Assembly (NCBI GenBank): GCA_964270895.1
Contig: OZ185436.1
Length of the DNA stretch: 64,000 bases
Strand: one strand, 5' to 3'
From: Podarcis filfolensis
Taxonomy: Eukaryota
The notes beneath the pieces are model-generated. The model did no database searches, was not told the DNA's origin, and saw only the letters and a program-made list of their open reading frames with translations. How positions within the stretch are numbered: position 1 is the stretch's first letter; each line of letters starts with the position of its first letter. This document shows positions 62,766 through 64,000 of this stretch, one piece after another. The position numbers and the translations under genes were made by a program.

Positions 62766-63233
62766 TTGTTGTTTAGTCGTTTAGTCGTGTCCGACTCTTC
62801 GTGACCCCATGGACCAGAGCACGCCAGGCACTCCTGTCTTCCACTGTCTCCCGCAGTTTGTTCAGACTCATGTTTGTAGCTTCGAAGACACTATCCAACC
62901 ATCTCGTCCTCTGTCGTCCCCTTCTCCTTGTGCCCTCCATCTTTCCCAACATCAGGGTCTTTTCCAGGGAGTCTTCTCTTCTCATGAGGTGGCCAAAGTA
63001 TTGGAGCCTCAGCTTCACGATCTGTCCTTCCAGTGAGCACTCAGGGCTGATTTCCTTCAGAATGGAGAGGTTTGATCTTCTTGCAGTCCATGGGACTCTC
63101 AAGAGTCTCCTCCAGCACCATAATTCAAAAGCATCAATTCTTCGGCGATCAGCCTTCTTTATGGTCCAGCTCTCACTTCCATACATCACTACTGGGAAAA
63201 CCATAGCTTTAACTATATGGACCTTTGTTGGCA
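62766..63233 (-). mobile_element. BovB (RTE-clade LINE), 5'-truncated, young copy
   Basis: Uninterrupted ORF end LPTKVHIVKAMVFPVVMYGSESWTIKKADRRRIDAFELWCWRRLLRVPWTARRSN...RALVHGVTKSRTRLND*; typical ACTAAACGACTAAACAACAAC tail; exact 14-bp TSD ATACATGCTGCTTG at 62752-62765 and 63234-63247. Confidence 0.96.
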
Positions 63234-64000
63234 ATACATGCTGCTTGCTCAAAAGCAAGTGCCACCAATTTCAATGTGACTTGCTGTCCAGCTGTGTCAC
63301 AAGTACAAAGCAAGAACACTTGGGGTCGCAAAGCAAGTCAATTCCCCAGACCAAATAAATCCGTAGTTTCCACTCCCACCCCAATTTTCTTCATTTCCTT
63401 CAACAATATCCCACATAACTCCTACCTTCAAAAGCCTCCCCCAGTTACTTAGTAATATACTTACATTTTCAAGCAATCTTACCCCCAATCAGAAACATAG
63501 TGAGCCACTTCTTCCTTTCATTTCCTTTCCCTTGCCTTGTGCAGTGCATAGCTTGGCTTACTTGCTTGAATTGTCATGAGCTATTTGTTCTGCAAGCACA
63601 TGGTTCGTGACAGGAGTGGGGAGCCTTTGCGGGGCAGCTTTGACAGGGGCAACCCACCTGTCAATCACATTACATAATTATAACATCATATAAAGGCCAC
63701 CTGTCAAAACCCCAAGATTGAGAAGCTCTGCACAAGGGGTGTTGCCAGCAATATGCCTTGCAAGCCTCCTTGTGCTTCTCCTTTCTACCTCAGATGTTGG
63801 AGGTGGAAAGAAGTTGCTGCACAGAGCAGTGTTAGGAGGGATATGACCTCCAGCAAAGGAACTATCAGGAAGCTTCTTTAAGCTCCTAGTTGTTCCTTTG
63901 CAGGATCATGTTTTGCCTGCAGGCTGGAGGTTCCCCACCCCTGGTCTGTGGGGTTCACTAGCTATTGCTTTGTAGGACACCATTCAGAGCAGAATGATAG

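Larger units (their letters stand above)
61084..64000 (+). other. ADGRL1: ADGRL1 intron following the signal-peptide exon (continues beyond window)
   Basis: Starts with GTAAGG donor at 61084; no lectin-domain exon seen up to 64000. Confidence 0.85.

Noticed and set aside
62801-63358. 185-aa plus-strand ORF
   Set aside because: Antisense shadow of the intact BovB fragment.

Overview
Eukaryotic genomic DNA from a squamate reptile, probably a lacertid lizard. That assignment is inferred from the repeat content (BovB, tRNA-Ala/CR1-tail SINEs, Squam3/MIR-type SINEs, hAT and Tc1/mariner MITEs) and is not database-confirmed. The window is almost entirely the first intron (at least 60.9 kb) of ADGRL1 (latrophilin-1, LPHN1) on the + strand. 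It opens in the tail of a CpG island (about 100-1330), so the non-coding first exon probably lies just upstream of base 1. The only host coding sequence is the first coding exon at 60938-61083, with a CDS at 61014-61083 encoding the signal peptide [23 protein letters not shown](G); about 2.9 kb of intron 2 follows. The rest is transposon debris (CR1, L2, RTE, BovB, L1-type, SINEs, MITEs, a possible Helitron-like element), microsatellites and several motif-dense patches with no TE similarity I recognise, which may be enhancers. Nearly all ORFs in the supplied track are spurious or TE-derived. I found no supportable new multi-gene system. The best leads are a 258-bp foldback palindrome, candidate recursive-splice sites in the long neuronal intron, a young BovB insertion with a perfect 14-bp TSD, a uORF just before the ADGRL1 start codon, and homeodomain/POU/RFX motif clusters. 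Boundaries of old repeats are approximate, and family names come from recalled consensus features.
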